A stretch of DNA of 64,000 nt. Origin: Alphaproteobacteria bacterium (GTDB taxonomy: Bacteria; Pseudomonadota; Alphaproteobacteria; JAREAF01). Made by a program: the position numbers and the translations under genes. The DNA lies in NCBI GenBank assembly GCA_035620695.1, contig DASPGI010000066.1, positions 40,163 to 104,162 on the forward strand, read 5' to 3'. This document shows, in pieces, positions 30,414 through 39,940 of the stretch (within the stretch, counting starts at the first letter, position 1; each line of letters starts with the position of its first letter). The notes beneath the pieces were generated by a model, which was not told the origin of the DNA, did no database searches, and saw nothing but the letters and a program-made list of their open reading frames with translations.

Positions 30414-31352
30414 TCACGGTCGTGGAGCGAAACCCGCGGGGTCGGTGTTTGCTCCGCACAGCACAACGCCGACGCGCTCGCCCGCTTCGATGGGATAGGC
30501 ACCGCAGAGCAACGCCGCCAGCGCCGCCGCGCCGCCGGGCTCGACGAGGATGCGCAGCTCGCGCCACAGCGCCCGCTGCGCCGCCTGGATCGCATCATCT
30601 TCGACCAGCAGCACGCGCAGGGCCTGAGCTTGCGCGATCTCGCAAGCAAGACCGCCCGCCTCGCGCGCGCCGAGGGAATCGGCAGCGATGCCCGATACGG
30701 CCACCGGAACGGGCCGCCCCGCCGCCAGTGCGTCATGCAAGGTCGGCGCAAGGTTCGGCTCGACACCAATGACGCGGGTGCCGCTACCCTGATAGGCCAG
30801 TGCCATTCCGGCGATGAGCCCTCCACCGCCGACCGCGACCAGAACGCTATCGAGGTCCGGCGCCTGGCGCCGCAATTCGAGCCCCACGGTGCCTTGACCC
30901 AGAACAACCTCGGGCTGGTCGTACGCGTGAACGACCAGCGCGCCGCTTGTCTCTGCCCGAATCGCGCTGGCCGCAAGGGCCTCGGCATAGGTCGCGCCGG
31001 TCACCGCCACATCGGCGCCGGTGTCGCGGATGGCCCGAAGCTTGGCCGGCGCGGCGATGGTCGGAACGAAGATTGTCGCCTTGACCCCGAGCCGGCGCGC
31101 CGCGTGGGCGACGGCAATTCCGTGATTTCCGCCCGAAGCCGCGATCACGCCCGACGATGGAATCTCATGAGACAGCAGGCGGTTGAACGCCCCGCGAGGC
31201 TTGAAGGAGCCGGTGACTTGCAGGAATTCGAGCTTGAGCGTAAGGCGACCGTTGAGCCCAAACGCCCCCTTCTCCAGCTCCAGGACGGGCGTGGTGCGGA
31301 TGTGCGGCGCGATTCGCTCCAAAGCGTCGGCGATGCCGTTCCTGTCGATCAT
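30414..31352 (-). CDS. PLP-dependent threonine/serine dehydratase-like enzyme
   Basis: Start at MIDRNGIADALERIAPHIRTTPV (ATG at 31352) rather than the listed 31502. Lys motif SFKPRG and a glycine-rich PLP loop ASGGNHG. Confidence 0.8.
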   Translation of the reverse strand: MIDRNGIADALERIAPHIRTTPVLELEKGAFGLNGRLTLKLEFLQVTGSFKPRGAFNRLLSHEIPSSGVIAASGGNHGIAVAHAARRLGVKATIFVPTIAAPAKLRAIRDTGADVAVTGATYAEALAASAIRAETSGALVVHAYDQPEVVLGQGTVGLELRRQAPDLDSVLVAVGGGGLIAGMALAYQGSGTRVIGVEPNLAPTLHDALAAGRPVPVAVSGIAADSLGAREAGGLACEIAQAQALRVLLVEDDAIQAAQRALWRELRILVEPGGAAALAALLCGAYPIEAGERVGVVLCGANTDPAGFAPRP

Positions 31353-31383
31353 CTCCGCACCATGACGACGACGTGCTGTCGCT

Positions 31384-32025
31384 TCAATGGGGATGGGGCG
31401 TGGAGCCCGAGAGGAGACCCAGCCGCTGGAAATGGCCGCGCAACTCCTCTGCTCCAATGAACCGGATCGCTTGAAAGCCGAGCCCGAGAGCCGCCGCGAC
31501 ATTCGCCTGCGAATCGTCTACGAAGATCGTGCGCTCGGGTATCAATCCCGTCCTCTCGATCAGCAACCCGAAGATTCGCGGGTCGGGCTTGATCACCCCC
31601 TCCTCGCCAGAGATCAGGATGTGCCGGAACCGGTTCAGGAACGCAAAACGCCTGCGTCCGATCGGGAATGTCTCGGCCGACCAGTTGGTCAACGCATAGA
31701 GCGGCATTCCGCTTGAATGCAGCTCCTCCAGAAGAGCGACCGTGCCTGAGATCTCTCCGCCAAGCATTTCCTCCCAACGCTCCCGCCAAGCGCGAATGAA
31801 CGGCTCCTGTTCAGGGTGGAGAAGCATAAGTTCGGCCAAGCCCTCCTCGAAGGAGCGGCCGGCATCGAGGCGCCGAATCCAATCCGGGGAGCACACCTCC
31901 CTCAGGAATCTCTCCATCGCCTCCTCCTCGTCGAACAGCTTGCGATAGAGATGGCGCGGATTCCAGTCGATGAGCACCCCGCCGAGATCGAAGACCACCG
32001 CTCCGATCGCAATCCGATCCTCCAT
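31384..32025 (-). CDS. HAD-superfamily hydrolase (subfamily IA-like phosphatase)
   Basis: Start at MEDRIAIGAVVFDLGGVLIDW (DxG motif I) rather than the listed 32295; about 213 aa. Motif IV-like FVDDS. Confidence 0.8.
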   Translation of the reverse strand: MEDRIAIGAVVFDLGGVLIDWNPRHLYRKLFDEEEAMERFLREVCSPDWIRRLDAGRSFEEGLAELMLLHPEQEPFIRAWRERWEEMLGGEISGTVALLEELHSSGMPLYALTNWSAETFPIGRRRFAFLNRFRHILISGEEGVIKPDPRIFGLLIERTGLIPERTIFVDDSQANVAAALGLGFQAIRFIGAEELRGHFQRLGLLSGSTPHPH

Positions 32026-32026
32026 A

Positions 32027-32944
32027 TCAACCAGCCTCCAGAGTCGGTGCGAGTCGCGGCAGAGCCTCGTGGATCTCCCGCTCGGTCGGCAGGCTGCTCT
32101 GCGCGCCCTGAGTGAGACAGGCGAGCCCGCCGGCCACACTGGCCCATCGCAAAGCCTCGCCCGGATCAAGCCCGCGATCGAGCGCGGCGGCGAAGACTCC
32201 GACCGCGGCATCGCCGGCGCCGGTGGTGTCCGCCGGCGTGATTGGGAGGGCCGGGACGCGCCACCGCGCCTCGCCCTTACAGGCAGCGATGCCACGAGCG
32301 CCCAATGTGATCACCACGCCAATATTGAACGCGCTGGCGATCGTCTTTGCATCGCCTTCGGAGCTGAGCCCCTGCGCCTTGGCGAGATCGACCGCCTCGC
32401 CTTCGTTGAGGATGAGCCAATCGAGCTTGCGCAAGAGATCGGAGGGCACAGGGCCGGCAGGCGCGAGGTTGAGCAGGATCGTCACACCCCGGGTGGCGGC
32501 GCGCCGGGCCAGGCTCCAAATTTCCTCGGCCGTGACCTCGCGCTGAAGCATCAGGATCGTACCCTGCTGCAGCAGCGCATCGGGTACGGCACGCTGGGTC
32601 AGCTTCGCGTTCGCGCCGAGTGCCACGGCGATCTGGTTCTCGCCTTTGGGATCGACGCAAATCAGCGCGCAGCCGGTCGGCGCCGATGCATCTCGGACCA
32701 GGTGATCGAGACCGACGCCCGCTGCGACGAGTTCGGCCAGGGCTGGCTCGGCAAAGGCATCACGGCCGACACAGCCGACGAAATGCGCTTCAGCACCAGC
32801 GCGACGCGCGGCCAACGCTTGATTGGCGCCTTTGCCACCGGGAAGCGTGCGATAGCCGGGCCCAAGCACGGTCTCGCCCGGACGCGGCAGACGCTCTACG
32901 GAGGCGATCAGGTCCAGATTGACGGCGCCAAACGAGATGATCAT
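32027..32944 (-). CDS. PfkB-family carbohydrate kinase (ribokinase-like)
   Basis: Start at MIISFGAVNLDL (ATG at 32944) rather than the listed 33079. GG dipeptide region PGGKGANQA and the ATP-binding signature DTTGAGDA. Its stop lies next to the HAD gene start. Confidence 0.85.
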   Translation of the reverse strand: MIISFGAVNLDLIASVERLPRPGETVLGPGYRTLPGGKGANQALAARRAGAEAHFVGCVGRDAFAEPALAELVAAGVGLDHLVRDASAPTGCALICVDPKGENQIAVALGANAKLTQRAVPDALLQQGTILMLQREVTAEEIWSLARRAATRGVTILLNLAPAGPVPSDLLRKLDWLILNEGEAVDLAKAQGLSSEGDAKTIASAFNIGVVITLGARGIAACKGEARWRVPALPITPADTTGAGDAAVGVFAAALDRGLDPGEALRWASVAGGLACLTQGAQSSLPTEREIHEALPRLAPTLEAG

Positions 32945-35193
32945 CGAACGAGCTCGAGTTTCACGGAGGCGCTGCGTTTTGGAACCAAATAACGAAGCCG
33001 GTTCCCTTCCCGCCGACCCGCCAGCACGCTGCCGTCGAGGCGCGCCTTCAGGCCGTCTCCTGCGGGAACGGCAATCCACGCGGCGGGGCCGGGCGGCAGC
33101 TCGGCTTTCACGGCGTCGGCATCGAAGGAAAGCCCGGTCAAGCGCTCAACGGATGTGATCAGGCGCGGCTGTCCATCGATGCTGAGCGTCATCGCTTCCG
33201 TTTCCGTCGACGATTCCAATCCGCCCCAGGGCGAGCAGACCGGACCCGATCGTTCGCCGTTCTTGCCGCGCGCGACAGACCAACCCCACCAAGGCGTCAC
33301 GTCGATGCGCTCGCCGAGGGCGATGAACGGCATCAGCGCGCCCCAGCCATAGAAGGAATCCGTGTCCGGCTGGTCAAAGGCCTCTCCGGTCGTGGCGGAA
33401 TAGTTTTCCGGGCATTTGCGGTCGGCCCAGGCGCGCCGGAACAGGCGCCAGCCATTCTCGGCGAGCAGGCTCGCCTCCGCCATGAAGCCGGCCCGCCGCA
33501 AGCCCGCCCAGACCAGAAAGTTCAGCGGCGGCCAGATCCGGCCCCGCCAATAGACATTGTCGGCGAAAGCCGGATCGTCGCGAGTGACCGAGGGCAAGAG
33601 CCACTCGCCGCCGAATTTCCGGGGATCGCCGAGGAGCCGTACCATGGCGCTCGCCTGCTCGGGGCGCGCCGCTCCTGCCAGAAGCGGAAAGAAACTGGTC
33701 GGCGCCAGGGAGCAAACAAAGCGTCCCGACCAGAGGCGATTGGCAAAGACCTGCCGCTCGCCATCCCAGAGCCGCTCGGCGATACGTGCCTTCAAAGCCT
33801 CCGCGCTTTCGGCATGGCGGCGCGCTGCTTGCTTTTTCCCCAGCACCTCCGCGATCAGCGCCAGCATTTCCGCGTCCAACGCGATCAGGCTGTTGAGGCC
33901 GACATCGGCGGCATTCAGCGTCCGTGTTTTCAGATCGAATTCGGCCTCGTCATGGACCGGGGAATTGTCCATAAAGGATTCGTCCTTGGCCGCGAGCTTC
34001 GTGCCGATATAGAGCCCAGCGCCGATATCCGAGCTGCCATATTCGTAAAGCCCGTCGCCATTGCCGTCGCGCCGCGCCAGCCACCAGCGGTGATTGGCAT
34101 CCAAAACGGGCCAGGCGCGGCGCAACAGCTCCCGCGAACCGAGACGCGTATGAAGAAGCCAGACGATGAAGCTTCCGATGGGGGGCTGCGAACGGTCGAG
34201 CCACGCGTCTCGACCGGTGATGAGGCAGGCAAGATTGCCCTCGGGCGTGGCGTTGCCCAGCGCAGCCTCGAGATTTTCGCGCGCGAGGTCGGGATCGATC
34301 GCGCTCGCCATCAGCGCATGGAAAAACAGATCGTCGAGCCACACACCCCAGCCACCGAATTTCTGCATGCCCCAGTTCCGGCTGAGCGTCGTGTAGGGGC
34401 GATGATTCACCGGGTCCCAAACCGTGTTCCAGGTAATCACATCACGCACGGCGGCCAGCGGGTCGGCGCTCTGGTCTCGCGATCCACCACCGCTCCAACC
34501 CTCTCCACTCGCGGGGGATGACGGCTGAAGCCGCGAAAGCGTCTCTCCGACACGCCGTACCGCCGTGCCCGGATCCGCCGCGACGGTGGCGACGAAGGTC
34601 AAACCCGGCATCTCTTCCAGATTGTAGCGCAACGCCAGAAGCGTGCCGGAGGTGCTCCGCGAATCGAGATACCAGTAGCCCTTGCTCTGCATCTCCTCGC
34701 GCAATGCCGCAAGCGAGGAATGGGCCGTCACCAGAAGCGGGCGGCGGCTGGCCCCGACCGCAACCTTCCATCTCCGATGAACCGCCTGAGCAAACCCTGT
34801 CCGCGGGTCGAACCGCCAGCGCGCCGATGCGCCAGCGCGCTCGGGCGCCATCAGCCGCAGTGCGAGCACGACCCAGAAGCGCAGGCCCCATTCGCCGTGC
34901 TTGAGCACGCGATAACGGCCGATCAATGTCGTCGGATCCGGAGAGGTGTAGCGAAGCTCGAGCTCGGTTCCGGCATGCGCGAGCCGGAGCCAAACGCCAT
35001 CGGCGGTGACCCGGCGTTGACCCAAGCTGAGACCCGGCGCGCCGGCGGGATAGTCGGTGAAGTCGTTGCGGCTGGCTGCATAGGTGCAGGGACGCAGCTC
35101 CAGGCCCAGCGGCAGATACCGCATCGCCGCGGGATGATCGGAGTCCCAACTATTCCAAGCGCGCTCGGCCGGGACGATATCAGTCCCGATCAT
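32941..35193 (-). CDS. Six-hairpin glycoside hydrolase of the GH63 / GDE_C (amylo-alpha-1,6-glucosidase-like) superfamily
   Basis: 750 aa. A large soluble enzyme whose C-terminal half resembles (alpha/alpha)6-barrel glycosidases such as YgjK and mannosyl/glucosylglycerate hydrolases. Its start overlaps the isochorismatase-family gene stop (ATGA). Confidence 0.65.
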   Translation of the reverse strand: MIGTDIVPAERAWNSWDSDHPAAMRYLPLGLELRPCTYAASRNDFTDYPAGAPGLSLGQRRVTADGVWLRLAHAGTELELRYTSPDPTTLIGRYRVLKHGEWGLRFWVVLALRLMAPERAGASARWRFDPRTGFAQAVHRRWKVAVGASRRPLLVTAHSSLAALREEMQSKGYWYLDSRSTSGTLLALRYNLEEMPGLTFVATVAADPGTAVRRVGETLSRLQPSSPASGEGWSGGGSRDQSADPLAAVRDVITWNTVWDPVNHRPYTTLSRNWGMQKFGGWGVWLDDLFFHALMASAIDPDLARENLEAALGNATPEGNLACLITGRDAWLDRSQPPIGSFIVWLLHTRLGSRELLRRAWPVLDANHRWWLARRDGNGDGLYEYGSSDIGAGLYIGTKLAAKDESFMDNSPVHDEAEFDLKTRTLNAADVGLNSLIALDAEMLALIAEVLGKKQAARRHAESAEALKARIAERLWDGERQVFANRLWSGRFVCSLAPTSFFPLLAGAARPEQASAMVRLLGDPRKFGGEWLLPSVTRDDPAFADNVYWRGRIWPPLNFLVWAGLRRAGFMAEASLLAENGWRLFRRAWADRKCPENYSATTGEAFDQPDTDSFYGWGALMPFIALGERIDVTPWWGWSVARGKNGERSGPVCSPWGGLESSTETEAMTLSIDGQPRLITSVERLTGLSFDADAVKAELPPGPAAWIAVPAGDGLKARLDGSVLAGRREGNRLRYLVPKRSASVKLELVR

Positions 35194-35801
35194 TCCGCTC
35201 TCCGGTCGGGCCAGGCCGCGAGCACTCCCTCAAGGCTGGCAATTTGGATCTGCTGATCAAGGCGCGGGTAAATCGCCTCGAGCGCGGCGTGGTGGCCCGC
35301 GGGCGAGGAGGAGGCAACGGCATCCTCCACGATTATGACGCGGTAGCCACGATCGGTCGCACCGAGAGCGAACGCCAGCACGCAGACATCGGTTTCTACC
35401 CCGGTCAGCACCAGCGTCGATGCTCGACGGCGTCCGATGGCCTTGACGAAGGCGGGGTCTTCCCAACCGCCATGGCTACGCTTGTCCAAAATCGAATCAG
35501 GTCGCGCATGCCGGGCCAGAGGCGGCACAAGGTCGAGCAGTGCAGGGTCCATGTGCGAGAGCGTCACGCTCTGCCAACGCCGGTAATAGTACCGCCATTG
35601 TCCATGCGCATCTTCCGCCCTGCGCGGCGTGACGAAGCGCGTGAACAAGGTCTCGTGCGGATGGCTGCCGATCAGCCTCAAAATCGGCGGCACGAGCTTT
35701 GGCAGCTCGGGCACCGACCAGTCGGGGTGCTCAACGAACAGCCGCTGCATGTCGAGGACGATGTGGAGCGTGTCGGCGCCCAGCGCGCCCTTCAATCTCA
35801 T
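35190..35801 (-). CDS. Isochorismatase-family (cysteine) hydrolase
   Basis: 203 aa. TGVETDVCVL catalytic-Cys block typical of isochorismatase / nicotinamidase / RutB-like hydrolases. Confidence 0.8.
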   Translation of the reverse strand: MRLKGALGADTLHIVLDMQRLFVEHPDWSVPELPKLVPPILRLIGSHPHETLFTRFVTPRRAEDAHGQWRYYYRRWQSVTLSHMDPALLDLVPPLARHARPDSILDKRSHGGWEDPAFVKAIGRRRASTLVLTGVETDVCVLAFALGATDRGYRVIIVEDAVASSSPAGHHAALEAIYPRLDQQIQIASLEGVLAAWPDRRAE

Positions 35802-35847
35802 GACAACCCGCAGGTGACGAAGCGATCCCGGAAAGCACGGCTACTGG

Positions 35848-36915
35848 TCATGGCGTGACCCAGATGCTGTGCTCGGGCGCCCAGAAGAGAGTTACGGCGG
35901 CGCCGGCATCACGCGGCGCGGCGGCGCGGTTCTGCTCGAATACGGTCAGCTCCTGGCCGGGAATCTCGATCCGGTAGGCGATGCTGCTGCCGGAATAGAT
36001 CGAACGCAAGATGCGCCCTTCAACCCGGTTGGCGCGGGCGGGCGCGTCTTTGGCAGGATCGACGAGTTGGATCTTCTCCGGCCGTACCGCCAGAATCGCT
36101 TCGCCGTCCGGCGGCGGCAATGCGCTCTCAACCGCAACCCCCGCGGTCGTGCGCACCTTGCCGCCCGCGGCGGCACCCCGCTCGACGCTGCCGCAGAAAA
36201 GGTTGGCCTCGCCCAGGAACTCGGCCGCAAATCGGCTCTGTGGGTGCTCATAGACTTGCGCCGGCGGGCCGATCTGCATCAGCCGGCCCTCGCTCAGGAT
36301 AGCGATACGGTCGCAGAGCGTCAGCGCTTCCTCCTGATCGTGCGTGACGAAGAGGGTCGTGATGCCGACCGTACGCTGAATCTGTTTCAGCTCCACCTGC
36401 ATTTCCTGCCGCAAGCGCTTGTCCAGGGCGCCCAGGGGCTCGTCCAGCAGCAGCACTTTCGGCCGGGTCACCAGCGCGCGCGCAAGCGCAACTCTCTGCT
36501 GCTGACCGCCGGAAAGCTGGCGCGGCCGGCGCTCCTCCAGTCCGGAAAGGCGCACCAGGCGTAGCGCCTCGGCGACACGCTCTGTGATCTCCGCCTTGGC
36601 AATGCCGCGAACTTGCAGACCGAAGGCGATATTGTCGAAGACGCTCAAATGCGGAAAGAGCGCGTAATTCTGGAATACCATGCCGATGCCGCGCTTGTGG
36701 ACCGGTACCGTCTCGATGCGTTGCCCGTCGATGCGGATCTCTCCAGACTCCGGCATGACGAAGCCGGCGATGGCGCGCAGCAACGTGGTTTTGCCGCTGC
36801 CGCTTGGACCCAGAAGCCCGAAGAATTCGCCCTCCGCCACCCTGAGCGTCACGCGATCGAGCGCGGCAACCGCGCCGTAGCGCTTTACCGTCTCGTGCAC
36901 TTCGACCGCGCTCAC
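35848..36915 (-). CDS. ABC transporter ATP-binding protein (PotA-like)
   Basis: 355 aa. Walker A GPSGSGKTT, signature LSGGQQQRV, Walker B LLLDEP, and a C-terminal TOBE-like regulatory domain. Confidence 0.9.
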   Translation of the reverse strand: MSAVEVHETVKRYGAVAALDRVTLRVAEGEFFGLLGPSGSGKTTLLRAIAGFVMPESGEIRIDGQRIETVPVHKRGIGMVFQNYALFPHLSVFDNIAFGLQVRGIAKAEITERVAEALRLVRLSGLEERRPRQLSGGQQQRVALARALVTRPKVLLLDEPLGALDKRLRQEMQVELKQIQRTVGITTLFVTHDQEEALTLCDRIAILSEGRLMQIGPPAQVYEHPQSRFAAEFLGEANLFCGSVERGAAAGGKVRTTAGVAVESALPPPDGEAILAVRPEKIQLVDPAKDAPARANRVEGRILRSIYSGSSIAYRIEIPGQELTVFEQNRAAAPRDAGAAVTLFWAPEHSIWVTP

Positions 36916-37685
36916 CGCTCTCCTCCGAAACGGTAGAAGCGTGCTACTGCCAGCATCAGCCCCATGGACACCAGTATGATCACCGTGGAAATGGCGTTGA
37001 TTTCCGGCGTGAAGCCCTTGCGGATGGCGGAATAGATCTCGACCGGCAGCGTCGAAACCCCTGGTGGCGCGAGAAAATAGGAGATGACGAACTGGTCGAA
37101 GGAGACGGCGAATGCAAAGAGAGCCGCCGCGACCACACCCGGCGCGATCACCGGCAAGGTCACGCGCCGGAAAGTGGTCCAGGGGCCGGCTCCGAGAGTG
37201 GCCGCCGCTTCCTCAAGCGTGACGCCGAAGCTGCGCAATCTCGCGCCGACCACGACGATGACGTAAGGCAGCGACAAGGCGACATGCCCCAGCAGGATGG
37301 CATGCAGGCCTCGTCCGATCCCGGTCCAGAAGAACAACACCAGCATGGCCGTGCCGATGATCAGCCAGGGAATCGTGATCGGGGGCAGGAGCAGAATCTG
37401 CAGAAGCGTGGCACCTCGGAAACGATAACGCTGGAACGCAAGGGCCGCCATCGTACCGAGTGCGGTCGCGATGGCCGTGTTCGCAAGCGCGATGGCCAGG
37501 CTGTTGAGCCCCGCCCCGACCAGTCGCTCATTGCCGGCAAGCCGTTCGAACCAGATGGTGTCGAAGACCATCGGCATGGCGTAAAGGGGAGATTGGTTGA
37601 AGGCCATTACCGCCATCACTCCCAGCGGCAGATAGAGAAAGATCAGCACCAGAACGAGGACGCTGCGCAATAGGATGGGCGCCAT
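36912..37685 (-). CDS. ABC transporter permease (PotC-like)
   Basis: 257 aa, 6 TM. 4-bp overlap with the ATPase gene. Confidence 0.88.
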   Translation of the reverse strand: MAPILLRSVLVLVLIFLYLPLGVMAVMAFNQSPLYAMPMVFDTIWFERLAGNERLVGAGLNSLAIALANTAIATALGTMAALAFQRYRFRGATLLQILLLPPITIPWLIIGTAMLVLFFWTGIGRGLHAILLGHVALSLPYVIVVVGARLRSFGVTLEEAAATLGAGPWTTFRRVTLPVIAPGVVAAALFAFAVSFDQFVISYFLAPPGVSTLPVEIYSAIRKGFTPEINAISTVIILVSMGLMLAVARFYRFGGER

Positions 37686-37700
37686 TGCCGGGACCTGCCT

Positions 37701-38636
37701 CTATCGCCCGGTCGCGGCCGCGAGCGGACGGCCGAGGACGGGAGCGGCAATGGCCATCAGAAGAAGCACTATCGCCAAAAGAATGAAGGAGAGGGCAGCG
37801 CCGAGCGGCCAGTTGAAGACGACGGTGAACTGATCCTCAATCACCGTGCCGAGCATGATTCCCTCCGGACCGCCCAGGATGCGCGGCTCCATGAACGAGC
37901 CGATCACCGGGACGAAGATCAGGACCACTCCGACCAGCAGTCCCGGCAGGCTAAGCGGCAAGGTCACCCGGCGAAAGACGGTGAGGGGCGAGGCGCCGAG
38001 GCTGAGCGCCGCCTCCTCGAGACTTGTCTCGATCGCTTGCAGCGAGAGATAACAAGTGAGGATCATGTAAGGCAGGAAGGAGTGGACCAGGCCGACTACG
38101 ATCGCCGGGTAGCTGAAGAGGATGCCGAGCGAGGGCGCCTCGGGCCAGAGGACCTGGACCGATTGGTCGATAAGCCCACCCCCGCGCAGCACCATGGTCC
38201 AGGAAAAGATGCGCACCAGCGCATTGCTCCAGAATGGCAGCACGATCAGGAGGAACAGCGCCTCGCGCCAGCGTCCCGGCACATGGCGCGCCAAGGCGAG
38301 TGCAGCGGGATAACCGATCACCATGCACCAGAAGGTGACGTCCAGACCGAGCTTGAGCGAGCGCCAGGTAAGGGTGCGGTAGAATTCCTTGTCCATGAAG
38401 GCCGCATAGTGCCGAAACGTGAATTCGGCCTCGCGCCCTCCGAAGGGGGCCACCGAGAGAAAGCTGAACAGCAGCATCGCCGAAAGCGGCAGGAAGATCG
38501 TGAGCAAGAGCCAGAGATAGGCCGGGCCCAGAAGATAGAATGGGGCAAGACTCGCCCGGGAGATCGCAGATGCGCCGGCCCTGCCCCTTCCGCCGCTACC
38601 AGACATTCCCTGCACGATGTTTGAAGGGCTAGCCAC
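37701..38636 (-). CDS. ABC transporter permease (PotB-like)
   Basis: 311 aa, 6 TM. 15 bp upstream of the second permease. Confidence 0.85.
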   Translation of the reverse strand: MASPSNIVQGMSGSGGRGRAGASAISRASLAPFYLLGPAYLWLLLTIFLPLSAMLLFSFLSVAPFGGREAEFTFRHYAAFMDKEFYRTLTWRSLKLGLDVTFWCMVIGYPAALALARHVPGRWREALFLLIVLPFWSNALVRIFSWTMVLRGGGLIDQSVQVLWPEAPSLGILFSYPAIVVGLVHSFLPYMILTCYLSLQAIETSLEEAALSLGASPLTVFRRVTLPLSLPGLLVGVVLIFVPVIGSFMEPRILGGPEGIMLGTVIEDQFTVVFNWPLGAALSFILLAIVLLLMAIAAPVLGRPLAAATGR

Positions 38637-38740
38637 CCCACCCTCACCCGACCTCTTCCGCCCCAGGGGCGGGAGAGGGGCTCAATGAGCGACCCCTCGC
38701 CCCGCCGAGCGGAGAGAGGGTCGGGGTGAGGGGCAACTCA
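38630..38740. repeat. GC-rich palindromic intergenic repeat element (REP/RIME-like)
   Basis: Imperfect inverted arms CCCTCACCCGACCTCTTCCGCC ... GGCGGAGAGAGGGTCGGGGTGAGGG flank an internal CCCCAGGGGCGGGAGAGGGGC palindrome. The element sits between the periplasmic-binding-protein gene and the first permease. Confidence 0.5.
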
Positions 38741-38760
38741 ACTGCGCACGCGCCAACAGC

Positions 38761-39834
38761 TCACAGCGCGATCTTGGTCTTTACTTCCTGCCAGAGATCG
38801 AGCCACTCCTGCTTGCGGTCGTCGGGAATCGGCGCCTGGAACTGGAGGCGCTTGGCCACCTCCGGGTTGCCGAGAACGGCGCGGTTCAGCGCATCCTCGG
38901 GCAGCTCGGCGTTGGCCTTGGCATTGGCCGAGGCGGGAGCGCCGACATTGTTGTCCCATGGCACATAGAAGTCCGGATCGACCATATAGTCGATGAAGGC
39001 ATGCGCCGCGTCCGGATTGGGTGCGCCAGCGGCGATGGAGAGGCCGTCGAACCAGCCGATCGCGCCCTCCTTCGGCACTACGAACTCGACCGGCAGTCCG
39101 AACGCTTTCTTGCTGCGGGCGGCCGAACCGGACCAGTAGACCGCGATGTCGAACTGGTCGGCTTGCATATACTTGTTCCACTCATCCTCGGAGGACCAGA
39201 AGGTCGCGATCTGCGGCTTCAAGGCCTCGAGCTTTTCGCGGATCTTGCCCATGTCGGCGGGATTGTTCATATCCTGGCCCGTGGCGATCGCGGCGAGCTG
39301 CACGGCCTCGATCGCGTCGTCGCGCCAGCCGATCCGACCCTTGAATGCGGGATCCCAGAGCACCTGGATCGACTCCGGCGCTGGTGCGATTTCCGCACTG
39401 TCGTAAGCGAATGAGGTGACGCCCCAAACCCAGGAGAGGCCATAGGTCTTGCCGTCGATATTCAGATAGGTGTGGTCACGGAATGTGGGCGTCAAATCGG
39501 CGAAATTGGTGATCTTCGATGTGTCGATCGGCTGGATCAGCCCTTCCGACTGCGCCTGACCGGTGAAGGTTGAGTTGATGAGCACGACATCGTAGGTGCC
39601 GGGGCTGGTCCGCAGCTTGGTCAGCATCTCCTGCTCGGAGTTGAAATAGTCGTGGCTGACCTTGACGCCATGCGCCTTCGAGAAGGCCTCGACGGCCCAG
39701 GCCTCGTCAGTGCCGTAACCCTGCCAGTTGAGTACCCTGAGCTCGCCCGCCGCCGCCGCGCGCCGCCTCAGCGCCGGAAGGGTCGTCAGCGCCAAAGCCG
39801 CCGACGAGCCGATGAGAAACTGCCGCCTCTGCAT
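38761..39834 (-). CDS. ABC transporter periplasmic substrate-binding protein, family 1 (PotD/PotF-like), Tat-type signal
   Basis: 357 aa. N-terminus MQRRQFLIGSSAALALTTLPALRRRAAAA, then a PotD-like fold. Confidence 0.85.
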   Translation of the reverse strand: MQRRQFLIGSSAALALTTLPALRRRAAAAGELRVLNWQGYGTDEAWAVEAFSKAHGVKVSHDYFNSEQEMLTKLRTSPGTYDVVLINSTFTGQAQSEGLIQPIDTSKITNFADLTPTFRDHTYLNIDGKTYGLSWVWGVTSFAYDSAEIAPAPESIQVLWDPAFKGRIGWRDDAIEAVQLAAIATGQDMNNPADMGKIREKLEALKPQIATFWSSEDEWNKYMQADQFDIAVYWSGSAARSKKAFGLPVEFVVPKEGAIGWFDGLSIAAGAPNPDAAHAFIDYMVDPDFYVPWDNNVGAPASANAKANAELPEDALNRAVLGNPEVAKRLQFQAPIPDDRKQEWLDLWQEVKTKIAL

Positions 39835-39940
39835 GCGAAATCCTCCCCGCCTCTTTACCGGGCGTACTGTCCCTGCGCGGGAGGGCCCGAGCCCTGCCCC
39901 GCGACCGATCAGGATTAAAGGCGGCTGGCCGGGCGACTTG

